Shown in pieces: positions 20,834 through 30,559 of a stretch of 64,000 nt of DNA. The stretch is from the IMG/VR virus record IMGVR_UViG_3300043444_000257, positions 1-64,000 of that record; one strand, written 5' to 3'. This DNA comes from a virus. Positions within the stretch are counted from its first letter, which is position 1; each line of letters begins with the position of its first letter. The position numbers were made by a program, and so were the translations under genes. Below the pieces are notes generated by a model. It searched no databases. It was given only the letters and a program-made list of their open reading frames with translations, and was not told the origin of the DNA.

Positions 20834-22405
20834 TTAAGTTTCCCTATCAGTAAATTGCGGTGTCTGCTGGGCAGGGGCAAAATTTTCGTGTTGCGGCCAA
20901 GGTTCGTGCATAGGTATTCGTTTCATTATGCTTTTAATTTTGCCGGAAATATATTTGTTTCCCCAACCTGCTTCTACGCTAGTAGCAATATTGTCATGGG
21001 TAGTTAATGGCACAACCTGTTCAGCTACTTGAGCAAGTTCTGCAAGTTTTCCATTCATATGAATTTCAGCACCGCTTTGAATTATTTCTCCTACTGCTGC
21101 AATATTTGTATTGCCGGACGATGTATATCTTGCAGTGGCCGAAGTAATTAAATTCATATCCCCCGCTGATGATATTTTTGCTGTTCCACCAATTCGTTGA
21201 TCCCAGTTAGAAGCGACTGTTATCTTTCCGTTGGCCCCGACTGCTATTTCAAAATCCGAGCCGACATCTGCTTTAACTCGGCCGCCAGTTTTAAGATTAA
21301 AATTTCTGCCTGCTTCAAAATTAATATCTCGATTAGCAAACAAGTTTAAATCAGTTTCGGTGTGAATACTAATGCTATCTTTAGCATAGATATCTATCTT
21401 ACCGTTGCTGGTTAATTCTACCCACGTTGTTCCTCTAGCATTGCCTATGTAAATTAGATCTTCAGAATTATGTAAAAGAATTTGATGCCCTGTTCTAGTT
21501 CTTAACCTTAAACATTCTCCAAGCGGAATTGTTGGATCTCCGGTTTCTCCTTTTAACACATCTGCATAGTCTACCGGACCTTCAGCAGCAGGTGTTTTAC
21601 GTTGATACCTCTCGTCACCGTCGTCCATGACAAATTGTGTTCCACCTAATCTACTAACCGGCACCGTAGATCTAGTTAGATCTTCTTGTTTACCAACCAA
21701 TGCTTTTTTAGCACCAGGTCGTCTATCCAACGGTCCGGGTGTAGAAATTCCGTAAACTGCACTCGGAGCCTCGCGTCTAGCCGAGCTTGTTGTTACACCT
21801 CTAACATCATCTTCTAACAATCCCTGTTCTAAAAATCTATCTGCTATAGGATGAACTGGTTTTTTAATTTTATCGGGATCTATTATCTGATTCTTAGCGT
21901 TAATTTTTTTATTAATTTCTGCCACCGGTAATGGCTGTTTGGTATTATATTTTTTCTTGTCGTCTGGATCTAAGTCAACTTCTGTAGTTCCAGCAATGCC
22001 AGGAACCATGTTGTTAGAAAATTTAGCAGGCACACAGCCCATCCAATAACCTTGACTCGGATCTCCGTTGACAAAAAATACTAATACGTTTACACCAATG
22101 TCGGGCGGCACAAACCACATACCGTAACTTTTCTGTGTATCGTTGTAACCGTCGATGGTCTTTTTAGACGCATCGTTCTGCCCCATATATTCAAATGCTG
22201 TATAACCAAAGAACGGCATTGCACATCGAACTACATAACTTTGATTATCATCACCTATAGTGTTACCTTGTTCTCGAAGCAGCGTAACTTCTAAACTGCC
22301 CATTAAACTAGGGTCAAGATGTCCTACGATTCTAGCTAGGTAAGGACCGTTTTCTAGATTAGAGGTTTCTTTTGTTGAGTAGGAGGTTCGTCTTTCTTGT
22401 GCCAT
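20834..22405 (-). CDS. gp5: Baseplate central spike, gp5/VgrG-like (OB fold plus beta-helix, no lysozyme domain visible)
   Basis: DP...G.L.V and GMWFVPPDIGVNVLVFFVNGDPSQGYWMG (gp5 OB fold), RTRTGHQILL, and C-terminal beta-strand repeats. Confidence 0.8.
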   Translation of the reverse strand: MAQERRTSYSTKETSNLENGPYLARIVGHLDPSLMGSLEVTLLREQGNTIGDDNQSYVVRCAMPFFGYTAFEYMGQNDASKKTIDGYNDTQKSYGMWFVPPDIGVNVLVFFVNGDPSQGYWMGCVPAKFSNNMVPGIAGTTEVDLDPDDKKKYNTKQPLPVAEINKKINAKNQIIDPDKIKKPVHPIADRFLEQGLLEDDVRGVTTSSARREAPSAVYGISTPGPLDRRPGAKKALVGKQEDLTRSTVPVSRLGGTQFVMDDGDERYQRKTPAAEGPVDYADVLKGETGDPTIPLGECLRLRTRTGHQILLHNSEDLIYIGNARGTTWVELTSNGKIDIYAKDSISIHTETDLNLFANRDINFEAGRNFNLKTGGRVKADVGSDFEIAVGANGKITVASNWDQRIGGTAKISSAGDMNLITSATARYTSSGNTNIAAVGEIIQSGAEIHMNGKLAELAQVAEQVVPLTTHDNIATSVEAGWGNKYISGKIKSIMKRIPMHEPWPQHENFAPAQQTPQFTDRET

Positions 22406-24717
22406 TATTCGCCTTCGCCGCCGTATATAGGTGGTTCTTGTGCAGGAGTTGCTTTATCTTTAACTTCTCCTGCTACTGATGTTGCTAAAGATTTAAGTTT
22501 GTCGACAGTTAGATTGCCAATAACATTAGGATTCTGTTTTCCATAATCCTGACTTTGACCGGGCTGTCTAACACATTTTAATTTTTGCTTGAATATGCCG
22601 TCGTTGAACGTATTATCACATTTCGTAACTCGGTAAATTCCGCTGAACGGGCTTTCTTTTCCTGAGCTAGGCCACTGATACAATCCGGTAACGTCATCTA
22701 TATCTGAAGGTGTTCTAAATGTCAAATATACAAATACATTTCCCCCTTCATAATTCATTGTGCCGTCTTCTGTTAACAATTTACTTCTATTGCTCTGTCT
22801 AGCAAAATAATTTGATATTCCGCTGTCAATTAACCAATACGGATCTCCCATAATTTCTAAATCAATATTAACTAAATCTCCACTGCCCGACGAAACAAAA
22901 GATTTATGAAAAGCTTCAGCTATTTTTTGTTCCGTATCTTTGTCATTATTGCCGCCTGCTATAGCCTTTAACGTAGCAGGATCTTTTTTAATCCTCGCTC
23001 GGCCCATAGTAGCTTGTTGAGCTTTAGGGGCGGCTCCTTGTGTAGTTTTAGCACCCTTTACAGTATCAGGTGCAACACCCTTCTGATCTTGATTTGATAC
23101 TGCTCCGCTCTTCTGCTCAGAACTAGAGTTTTTACCTGTAAAAAATAAATTATTAATCTGTATATCAAATTTTAAAACATCGACGTTTTGTCCTGTATAG
23201 ATATAATTGTATTGTTTGCAGATTTGTGTTTTTATTTGTTCGTATCCTAAAGGAGCAGCAGTAGGAGGACTAAAAACAGTATGGTGCACCAGATAGGGCA
23301 CTACACGAAAAATAAATTTCTGTGCATATTCTCCGATTAGTGGATCTAAATCTAATAACTGTATTTGAACGTCGATCCTCCACCATTTAATGAATCCATC
23401 CGGTGTAAGATTTTTAGGATCGATAGCTTTCTTGGCGTAAACAGAATTTAATATTACCTGATTGATGATTGATGTTAAACTTTGATTTTGCGTAAATTGA
23501 AAAACACGAGTCTTAGGATTTATCTGCATACGGTCTCTAGAAACCACGCCTGTCTTTGGATCAACTTTATCACCGTATCTAGCAAACGGATAGTTACCGC
23601 CTGTTTTCTGATCAAATCCAAAATCGCTTTTTCCTATGTCGTTAGAACCAAAATCTAACGATACTGCAACGTTTTTTCCAGCCACCGTTAATTTATCAGG
23701 TTGATTAGGATTTAGGGTAGCTTTTCTGTCGATACCAGGAATTGTGGCAGAGTTTAAAAATTCATCTGATGTCTCAGGAAACTCTATGGTATAAACATCT
23801 TTTACTTTTATCTGTCCTTCTTTGAAATATTTTTCTTCTAGATTGTTGAGATAAGCACAAAGACTTTTTTCTCCAGAAACTAGAACATCTTTTACTGTGC
23901 CTGCATCGGGCCCTGATTCGGAACAGGCGAGCTTTACATCAGTGTAAAGAATATTCGTTATATCTGAAAATCCTTTGTGGCTCATAGGCACTGCTTCTAC
24001 TTTATAAACACTGCCGTTTTCGCTGACCGAAAATGTTACCTTTGTTAACGAAACTGTCCAGAATTTAGGTTTGATCGACGTCATTATACGACCAGTTTCA
24101 TCGTATCCCATAAAGTCTAATCTTAGAACGAACGGACAGGTATTGAGATAATTGTTATAACCGGATTTAACCGCAGCATTCTGCATACTCTGCAATAATA
24201 ATCCCATGCTATGAGGTTCTACAATATCCCAAGTAAATTTAAATGCGTTTGAGTTGCCGGATTTATTAGTTGGGGAAATTGTTGTTTCCATAACAAAATT
24301 ATTAATGAAATACTCAGGAGCACCATGAACAGTGTTCACTCGCTGACTGTCAAATCGTCCCCCTGATGAAAAGACTACATTTTTAAGTGCTGCTGGATTT
24401 CCCCTATAGCTCATTGGATCATTAAATTGCTTAGGATCTAAACAAGCAAATGTCCACATAGGAGTATAATGTGCAAAATTTTCTAAAGGATTATTAATTA
24501 TGTTTGGCGGTGTGGATAAAGATTGATCAAATACTCCAGATTTTGCAAGCACGGTTGAAATTCCGCCTTTTAAAAAATCTGTAGCTTTTCCTGCGGCTAA
24601 GCCTGTTATTACTGAAGCAGCACCTTTAGAAATAGAGTTCGCACCGGGTATAGGTAATATACCGCTTCCGTCTGGTTTTACTATATCTGTAATTGCTTTG
24701 CCAAGATTTCTAAACAT
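22405..24717 (-). CDS. Probable baseplate hub protein (gp27-like)
   Basis: 770 aa between gp53-like and gp5; C-terminal L.I.GDPY...SGIYRVTK..N.F..G.F.Q.L resembles hub-protein C-termini. Assignment is mainly positional. Confidence 0.55.
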   Translation of the reverse strand: MFRNLGKAITDIVKPDGSGILPIPGANSISKGAASVITGLAAGKATDFLKGGISTVLAKSGVFDQSLSTPPNIINNPLENFAHYTPMWTFACLDPKQFNDPMSYRGNPAALKNVVFSSGGRFDSQRVNTVHGAPEYFINNFVMETTISPTNKSGNSNAFKFTWDIVEPHSMGLLLQSMQNAAVKSGYNNYLNTCPFVLRLDFMGYDETGRIMTSIKPKFWTVSLTKVTFSVSENGSVYKVEAVPMSHKGFSDITNILYTDVKLACSESGPDAGTVKDVLVSGEKSLCAYLNNLEEKYFKEGQIKVKDVYTIEFPETSDEFLNSATIPGIDRKATLNPNQPDKLTVAGKNVAVSLDFGSNDIGKSDFGFDQKTGGNYPFARYGDKVDPKTGVVSRDRMQINPKTRVFQFTQNQSLTSIINQVILNSVYAKKAIDPKNLTPDGFIKWWRIDVQIQLLDLDPLIGEYAQKFIFRVVPYLVHHTVFSPPTAAPLGYEQIKTQICKQYNYIYTGQNVDVLKFDIQINNLFFTGKNSSSEQKSGAVSNQDQKGVAPDTVKGAKTTQGAAPKAQQATMGRARIKKDPATLKAIAGGNNDKDTEQKIAEAFHKSFVSSGSGDLVNIDLEIMGDPYWLIDSGISNYFARQSNRSKLLTEDGTMNYEGGNVFVYLTFRTPSDIDDVTGLYQWPSSGKESPFSGIYRVTKCDNTFNDGIFKQKLKCVRQPGQSQDYGKQNPNVIGNLTVDKLKSLATSVAGEVKDKATPAQEPPIYGGEGE

Positions 24718-24718
24718 C

Positions 24719-25018
24719 TTAGACTCCTAGAAACTTTTCTAGATTAGATTTTTTTGGAATGTAGATAGTTACTCCGGGTTCAAAATCATAAATGGGGTCT
24801 TTGATTACTCCTAAGTTTCGCTGAACGAAAACCCACCACAACTTAGGATTACCGTAGAGGTCATATGCTAATAGATCCGGTCTGTGTCGGTATTGGCTTT
24901 CGATCACATATCTAAAATCATCTGCTTCGGCTGGAACAGGTCTTATATCTAATAATTCAAGATACAAATTATTTTGAGGGGTGTTAGCCCAGGGACTCGA
25001 TTGACTGTATTGTGCCAT
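24719..25018 (-). CDS. gp53: Baseplate wedge protein gp53-like (LysM-like)
   Basis: RPDLLAYDLYGNPKLWWVF..RN motif. Start moved to the ATG at 25018 (MAQYSQ), directly after the upstream stop. Confidence 0.8.
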   Translation of the reverse strand: MAQYSQSSPWANTPQNNLYLELLDIRPVPAEADDFRYVIESQYRHRPDLLAYDLYGNPKLWWVFVQRNLGVIKDPIYDFEPGVTIYIPKKSNLEKFLGV

Positions 25019-25019
25019 A

Positions 25020-26144
25020 TTAGATATATCCCACGCCGCTGCTTGGAGTTCCTTGTGAATATTGCTCAAGGCTAAACTTGCGCTGCTTACGTCTGTTGTA
25101 TACAGGAGCCACTGTTACAGAAATAGTGCTAACTACAGGAACCCATGTGTTCGTGTTAAATGTATTACAATTGATATAATTCACATCTTCTTTAAGGTCC
25201 ACACTAAAAGATTTAATAATCACCGGCACTTTATCAAATACACTAGAACCATACCCTGTAAGGTTACATATCAACGGAGGATTGCCCGCTAACGCCCCTT
25301 CACCAAAAAACATTTTTGTAGCTGTCTTAAAAAATGTTGTAGCTGCGATCCAATAAGCAGCATCTTCTTCTGTTTCACAAGTAAACTCTCCAGAAATCTG
25401 AATGTCATCCACTGTGCTGTTTTTATATCCATACATCTGATAATTGCTATGAATAGTGCTGATGGAATTATATTCTGCTTTGGTGCTAACAGTAATACTT
25501 GGGTTATAGGGCCAAACGACTCCTCCTGTTTTTTCTAGAAGCGTAAATAATGGCGAGTTGAAAATATTCCACTGGCAGGTGATCCTTACTCTCCAATCTC
25601 CTTTAGTCCCCGGAAACAATTGGATCGGCGTTCCTTGTTTTAAAAATAACTCACCGCCAGCAGGAAGATTCGCTCCCCTACCAAGGCTAAGAATATTGTT
25701 TAACATTCCAGCACCTTTAGAAATATTGCCTGCAAGTCCCATTAATCCACCTGCTAAATTTCCGCCGGTTAATTTATTAATGCTACCAGATATATCTGCG
25801 GTAATATTGCTGATAGATCCTGTTACAGATTGTAATGATCCTATGTTTGCGTTGACTCCGGGTAGACTTGATGCTACGTTTTGTATACCCCCAAGTGCTT
25901 TTGATGTCTGCCCAAACGCAGCCGTTAAAGTTGATCCTGTATTAGCAACCACTGTTCCGCCTACAAGACCGTTTAATCCGCTATTCAACCCGCCGCTTAA
26001 ACGTGACATTTTTGAATCTAAGTTAGCTTTGGTAACAGCGTCGCCCACTTGTGGTAGAGCTGCTTGACCTTCGTTTGTAGCCTTAGAAATGGCACTGGCT
26101 ACTTGATTTACTAGCTGTGCGATAGGGTTGATAGATAGTGACAT
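25020..26144 (-). CDS. Baseplate tail-tube initiator/cap (gp48/gp54-like) with Gly/Ser/Ala-rich N-terminus
   Basis: C-terminal tube-like domain (PYNPSI...I.ISGEF...PPL..L.GYG..VF..VPVIIKSFSVDL..DV.YI); first gene of the baseplate operon. Confidence 0.55.
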   Translation of the reverse strand: MSLSINPIAQLVNQVASAISKATNEGQAALPQVGDAVTKANLDSKMSRLSGGLNSGLNGLVGGTVVANTGSTLTAAFGQTSKALGGIQNVASSLPGVNANIGSLQSVTGSISNITADISGSINKLTGGNLAGGLMGLAGNISKGAGMLNNILSLGRGANLPAGGELFLKQGTPIQLFPGTKGDWRVRITCQWNIFNSPLFTLLEKTGGVVWPYNPSITVSTKAEYNSISTIHSNYQMYGYKNSTVDDIQISGEFTCETEEDAAYWIAATTFFKTATKMFFGEGALAGNPPLICNLTGYGSSVFDKVPVIIKSFSVDLKEDVNYINCNTFNTNTWVPVVSTISVTVAPVYNRRKQRKFSLEQYSQGTPSSGVGYI

Positions 26145-26171
26145 TTTGAGTAAATTCCTAATGTTATACTC

Positions 26172-26179
26172 TATTTATT
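26172..26179 (-). promoter_or_regulatory. Late promoter core (AATAAATA) for the baseplate operon
   Basis: TATTTATT on the + strand in the divergent gap 26145-26225. Confidence 0.6.
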
Positions 26180-26191
26180 TTAGTAAAAATA

Positions 26192-26214
26192 TGCTATTAT
26201 AATTTAAATAGGAG
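26192..26214 (+). promoter_or_regulatory. Putative extended -10 host-type promoter (TG-C-TATTAT, overlapping TATAAT) and GGAG ribosome-binding site for gp55
   Basis: TGCTATTATAAT at 26192-26203 and GGAG at 26211-26214, before the ATG at 26226. Confidence 0.45.
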
Positions 26215-26225
26215 AATTCTAATTT

Positions 26226-27074
26226 ATGAATGCACCACCAAAGATAAAATACCTAACCAACAAAGATCTGTTAAGAGAGATACACCTTAGTAAAAACACA
26301 TATTGTTCCTTTACTAAACAAGAATACAGCGAGTATGACCTAATTGTTACGAGCTTAGAAAAAATCAATGTCAGAACAATAGCAGAAGCTAAACGAAATC
26401 GAGCAGCAAAACTTTCTAAGAAAGCACACGAAGCTGCTGTGCTAGCTGAAGGCAAAAAGCTCAGCGCAAAAGATTTTGAAATCGATTATAAAAAAGTTGC
26501 CAAGCAAGATGTAGTTTTCCGCATCATGACTTTTGAACATGTGCCGCTGGCACCGGGTCGCAAAAAGACATTAAAGAATACCGCAGACAGCCACGAGAAA
26601 GTAAACTTTCCTCCTTTTCAACATTGGAAGTTTGATGACAACGACAATCTAATATTAGTAGGAAAGAGTCATTGGAAAGGCGGCTTAAAAACCGGAACAT
26701 TCTCAAAAGATCACGGGCAGATGACTGATAATCTAGCTCGTATGTTTTTAAAGCTCTGCGAAAGGTATGCTACTCGTGGTAACGTCCGAGGTTATACCTA
26801 CAACGACGAAATGAAAGGTCAGGCTATTTTACAGCTTACCCAGATAGGACTACAATTCGATGAAAGTAAATCTGATAATCCTTTTGCTTATTATACTGCT
26901 GCCGTTACTAATTCATTCGTTAGAATCATCAACATCGAAAAACGTAACCAAAACATTAGAGATGACATATTGGAGATGAACGGAATGAATCCAAGTTGGA
27001 CTCGCCAAAATAGCGGAGGAGGCAGCGGAGCAGCTTCGGCTCCGATTACGATCGATACCTCCGATTGGGATTGA
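26226..27074 (+). CDS. gp55: Late-transcription sigma factor, T4 gp55-like
   Basis: YLTNKDLL.EI N-terminus and RGYTYNDEM...A.......QFD..KS.NPFAYYT....NSFVRII..EK are gp55 motifs; sits just before gp47/gp46 as in T4-like phages. Confidence 0.85.
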   Translation: MNAPPKIKYLTNKDLLREIHLSKNTYCSFTKQEYSEYDLIVTSLEKINVRTIAEAKRNRAAKLSKKAHEAAVLAEGKKLSAKDFEIDYKKVAKQDVVFRIMTFEHVPLAPGRKKTLKNTADSHEKVNFPPFQHWKFDDNDNLILVGKSHWKGGLKTGTFSKDHGQMTDNLARMFLKLCERYATRGNVRGYTYNDEMKGQAILQLTQIGLQFDESKSDNPFAYYTAAVTNSFVRIINIEKRNQNIRDDILEMNGMNPSWTRQNSGGGSGAASAPITIDTSDWD

Positions 27075-27099
27075 CATTTTCTCTTAATAAAGTTATTAT
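27071..27099 (+). promoter_or_regulatory. Sigma70-type promoter TTGACA-N17-TATTAT for gp47/gp46
   Basis: Perfect -35 at 27071-27076, 17-bp spacer, -10 at 27094-27099. Confidence 0.65.
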
Positions 27100-27105
27100 A
27101 ATTCT

Positions 27106-28116
27106 ATGAATCTATTCAAAAAAGCAGCCTGTTTTACAGATATACATTTTGGTTTAAAGAGTGGCAGTAGAACACACAACATTGACTGTGAAGAGTTTGT
27201 CAAATGGTTTTGTGAAGCTGCTAAAGCTGAAGGTGCAGAGACTTGTATCTTCCTAGGCGACTGGCATCACAATCGCTCGACTACAGATGTCAGCACAATG
27301 AATTATACATTGTCTAACCTAGAACATCTAAGTCAAAACTTCGAACGTGTATATTTTATCCTAGGTAACCACGATCTATTCTATAAGGACAAGCGTGAGA
27401 TTAACTCAGTTGAGTTTATGCGTCTGTTCCCTAATGTAGTTCCTATCAGAGACATCTTTACAGAAGGCGATGTAACTATCATGCCTTGGCTCGTAGGAGA
27501 CGAATGGCAGAAGGTTCCTAAGATCAAAAGCAGATATATTTTTGGTCATTTAGAATTGCCGCATTTTTACATGAATGCCATGGTGCAGATGCCAGATCAT
27601 GGGCAATTACAGGATGGGCATTTTGTTAATCAAGAATACGTATTCACTGGTCACTTCCATAAGCGTCAGCACAAAGGTAAAGTTGTTTATATCGGTAATG
27701 CTTTTCCTCACAACTATGCGGATGCCGGAGACGACGAGCGTGGTATGATGCTGTTAGAATGGGGTGGGAAACCCGAGTATAAAACTTGGCCTGCTCAACC
27801 GATATATAGAACATACAAACTTAGTCAGATCATCGACACACCAGATAAGTTACTGCGTGAAAAGATGCATTGCCGCGTAACTATCGACCTTCCTATTTCT
27901 TTTGAAGAAGCTAATTTCATTAGAGATACATTTATTCCTCAATACAATCTACGAGAATTAATGTTAATTCCCGAAAAGGTAGAAGTTGAAAGTGCTTCAG
28001 TGCCTATCGATATTAAATTTGAATCAGTTGATACTATCGTCATGAATCAAATCAATGCTATCGAAAGCGAGACCTACGATAAAGCACTGCTAATGGAGAT
28101 TTATAAAGAACTATGA
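27106..28116 (+). CDS. gp47: Recombination endonuclease subunit, Mre11/SbcD-like
   Basis: Metallophosphoesterase motifs DIH, GDWHH, GNHD, GHLE and GHFH. Confidence 0.92.
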   Translation: MNLFKKAACFTDIHFGLKSGSRTHNIDCEEFVKWFCEAAKAEGAETCIFLGDWHHNRSTTDVSTMNYTLSNLEHLSQNFERVYFILGNHDLFYKDKREINSVEFMRLFPNVVPIRDIFTEGDVTIMPWLVGDEWQKVPKIKSRYIFGHLELPHFYMNAMVQMPDHGQLQDGHFVNQEYVFTGHFHKRQHKGKVVYIGNAFPHNYADAGDDERGMMLLEWGGKPEYKTWPAQPIYRTYKLSQIIDTPDKLLREKMHCRVTIDLPISFEEANFIRDTFIPQYNLRELMLIPEKVEVESASVPIDIKFESVDTIVMNQINAIESETYDKALLMEIYKEL

Positions 28117-29891
28117 TTAAGATTAAAAATCTTACTGTAAAAAATTTCATGAGCGTGGGTAATCAAACCCAAGCCATCGACTTTGACCGTGGACAATTAA
28201 CTTTAGTTCTAGGTGAAAATTTAGATCTAGGAGGTGATGACTCGGGCGCCAGAAATGGCACAGGCAAAACTACAATCATCAACGGACTAAGTTATGCAAT
28301 CTACGGTCAAGCCTTAACTAACATCAAGCGTGATAATCTTATCAATAAGATTAACGGCAAAGGAATGTTAGCAACTGTGACATTTGAAAAAAATGGCATA
28401 GAGTATCACATCGAGAGAGGTCGTAAACCTAACTTACTAAAGTTTAGTATCAACGGACAAGAACAAGAATTACAAGATCTAGACGAAAGCCAAGGTGATT
28501 CTAGAGAAACACAAAAGTCAATCGAAGATGTTATAGAAATGAGCCACGAAATGTTTAAACATCTTGTGGCATTGAACACCTATACTGAACCTTTCTTATC
28601 GATGAAAGCTGCTGATCAGCGTAGCATCATTGAACAACTGCTGGGAATTACACAGTTATCTGAAAAAGCAGAAACGTTGAAAGAACAGATTAAGGCAACT
28701 AAAGATTCTATCTCTGCAGAAAATACTAAAATTGAAACTATCAAGGCTAGCAACGAGCGCATTCAACAAAGCATCGAAAGCCTAGAAAGAAAACAAAGGC
28801 TTTGGAACGACACAAAAGAAAAAAGTATTGAAACTATATTAAAAAGTATCGACCATCTAAGTGATATCGACATAGAACATGAAATAGTTAATCAACGGGC
28901 TTTGGTTGAGTGGACTAAAAACAAAAAAGAAAGAGACGGTCTATTAAGTTTGATCGCAAAACAAACTGCTACCATCGATAAAGAGCAGAAAGTTTTTGAT
29001 AAACTGACAAAAGAACTGGCGTCCCTAGCTGATCATAAGTGTCATAGCTGCGGACAGGACCTGCATGACGAGAAACATAACGTCATGGTCGAATCTAAGA
29101 ACAAACAGGTCAACGAAAGCCGAGAGTCTCTCAAAGAACATCAGTTAGAATTAGCAGATCTCAATGAAGCATTATTACTGTTGGGTGATCCTACTGATTG
29201 TCCTAAGGTGATTTACGACAATTTAGAAGAAGCATTAAATCATAAAAACACCATAGACGGATTAAACAAAGATCTAGAGCTTAAGAAAGCTGAAGAAAAT
29301 CCCTATGACGAACAGATCGAAGAACTAAAAAACACTGCCCTACAAGAAGTTAACTGGGATCATGTTAACGACCTAACCAAGGTTAAAGATCATCAGGAGT
29401 TCTTACATAAACTACTGACTAACAAAGACTCGTTTGTTCGCAAACGCATCATAGATCAAAACCTAGCATTTTTGAATCAACGATTAACCTATTATCTCGA
29501 CAAGATCGGCTTACCACATATCGTAGAATTTCAGAACGATCTGTCTGTGATCATAACACAGCTTGGTCAAGATCTAGACTTTGATAATCTAAGCCGTGGA
29601 GAGCGCAATAGATTGATACTTTCTCTAAGCTGGGCGTTCCGTGATGTGTGGGAAAACCTGTATCGTCCGATCAACCTATTGTTTATCGACGAGCTAGTAG
29701 ATTCGGGTATGGATGCCAGCGGTGTTGAAAGCTCGATCGCTGTGTTAAAACGTATGACCAGAGAAAGACAAAAGAATGTATTCTTAATTTCTCACAAAGA
29801 CGAACTAATGAATCGTGTAAACCACGTATTGAAAGTGATTAAAGAAAATGGATTCACTAGTTATTCAACTGATATTGAAATATTAGAATGA
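28113..29891 (+). CDS. gp46: Recombination ATPase subunit, Rad50/SbcC-like
   Basis: Walker A NGTGKT, coiled coil with CHSC zinc hook, LSRGE signature, Walker B LLFIDE, and ISH H-loop. Confidence 0.93.
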   Translation: MIKIKNLTVKNFMSVGNQTQAIDFDRGQLTLVLGENLDLGGDDSGARNGTGKTTIINGLSYAIYGQALTNIKRDNLINKINGKGMLATVTFEKNGIEYHIERGRKPNLLKFSINGQEQELQDLDESQGDSRETQKSIEDVIEMSHEMFKHLVALNTYTEPFLSMKAADQRSIIEQLLGITQLSEKAETLKEQIKATKDSISAENTKIETIKASNERIQQSIESLERKQRLWNDTKEKSIETILKSIDHLSDIDIEHEIVNQRALVEWTKNKKERDGLLSLIAKQTATIDKEQKVFDKLTKELASLADHKCHSCGQDLHDEKHNVMVESKNKQVNESRESLKEHQLELADLNEALLLLGDPTDCPKVIYDNLEEALNHKNTIDGLNKDLELKKAEENPYDEQIEELKNTALQEVNWDHVNDLTKVKDHQEFLHKLLTNKDSFVRKRIIDQNLAFLNQRLTYYLDKIGLPHIVEFQNDLSVIITQLGQDLDFDNLSRGERNRLILSLSWAFRDVWENLYRPINLLFIDELVDSGMDASGVESSIAVLKRMTRERQKNVFLISHKDELMNRVNHVLKVIKENGFTSYSTDIEILE

Positions 29892-30118
29892 GCACAGACT
29901 CTCATGATAAGATGATCGAAGCGTTCCAGCAGTATTTTAAATGGCAGGAACGCTTTGAATATAAAGGCAGCGACGAGGCAGGCATTAAGGCACGATTTTG
30001 GTTATCAGAAATACGCAACGAGGCAAGTAAAAGGCGAGTAGAAATACAGGAAAAACGTGAGGCTCGTAAATTAGCCAGAAAAGGCAAGCTAGGTCGACCG
30101 CCAAAACTAACTAAGTGA
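29888..30118 (+). CDS. Small basic hypothetical protein
   Basis: 76 aa, ATGA overlap with the gp46 stop, Lys/Arg-rich C-terminus. Confidence 0.6.
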   Translation: MSTDSHDKMIEAFQQYFKWQERFEYKGSDEAGIKARFWLSEIRNEASKRRVEIQEKREARKLARKGKLGRPPKLTK

Positions 30119-30553
30119 GTGCAGTGGACTTATCAAAATCAACCCGTAGAAGAAATACCCGAAGGCTATATTGGCTTTGTTTATCTCATCACTAATCTCA
30201 CGACCGGACAAAAATACATAGGCAAAAAACTAGCACAGTTTAAACGCACAAAACCACCACTCAAAGGCAAAAAACTTAAACGCAGGAGCACAGTAGAAAG
30301 CGATTGGCGCGATTACTGGGGTTCTAGCGATAGGTTAAACGCAGATGTCCAAGCACTAGGTCCGGCAAATTTCACTAGAGAAATACTTTATCTTTGCAAA
30401 TCCAAGGCAGAAATGTCATATTTAGAGGCTAGAGAGCAGTTTGAACGCAGGGTTTTAGAAACCGACGACTATTATAATGGCATTATAAACGTCAGAGTAG
30501 GCGGATCGAACATACTTAGGCAGCGTCTTTTAGAACAAAATCAGGCAAAATAA
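30119..30553 (+). CDS. Small GIY-YIG family endonuclease (catalytic domain only)
   Basis: GFVYLITN.....YIG motif, YWGSS, catalytic-type E in YLEAREQ, and YYN; 144 aa, GTG start. Confidence 0.85.
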   Translation: MQWTYQNQPVEEIPEGYIGFVYLITNLTTGQKYIGKKLAQFKRTKPPLKGKKLKRRSTVESDWRDYWGSSDRLNADVQALGPANFTREILYLCKSKAEMSYLEAREQFERRVLETDDYYNGIINVRVGGSNILRQRLLEQNQAK

Positions 30554-30559
30554 TGCGGT

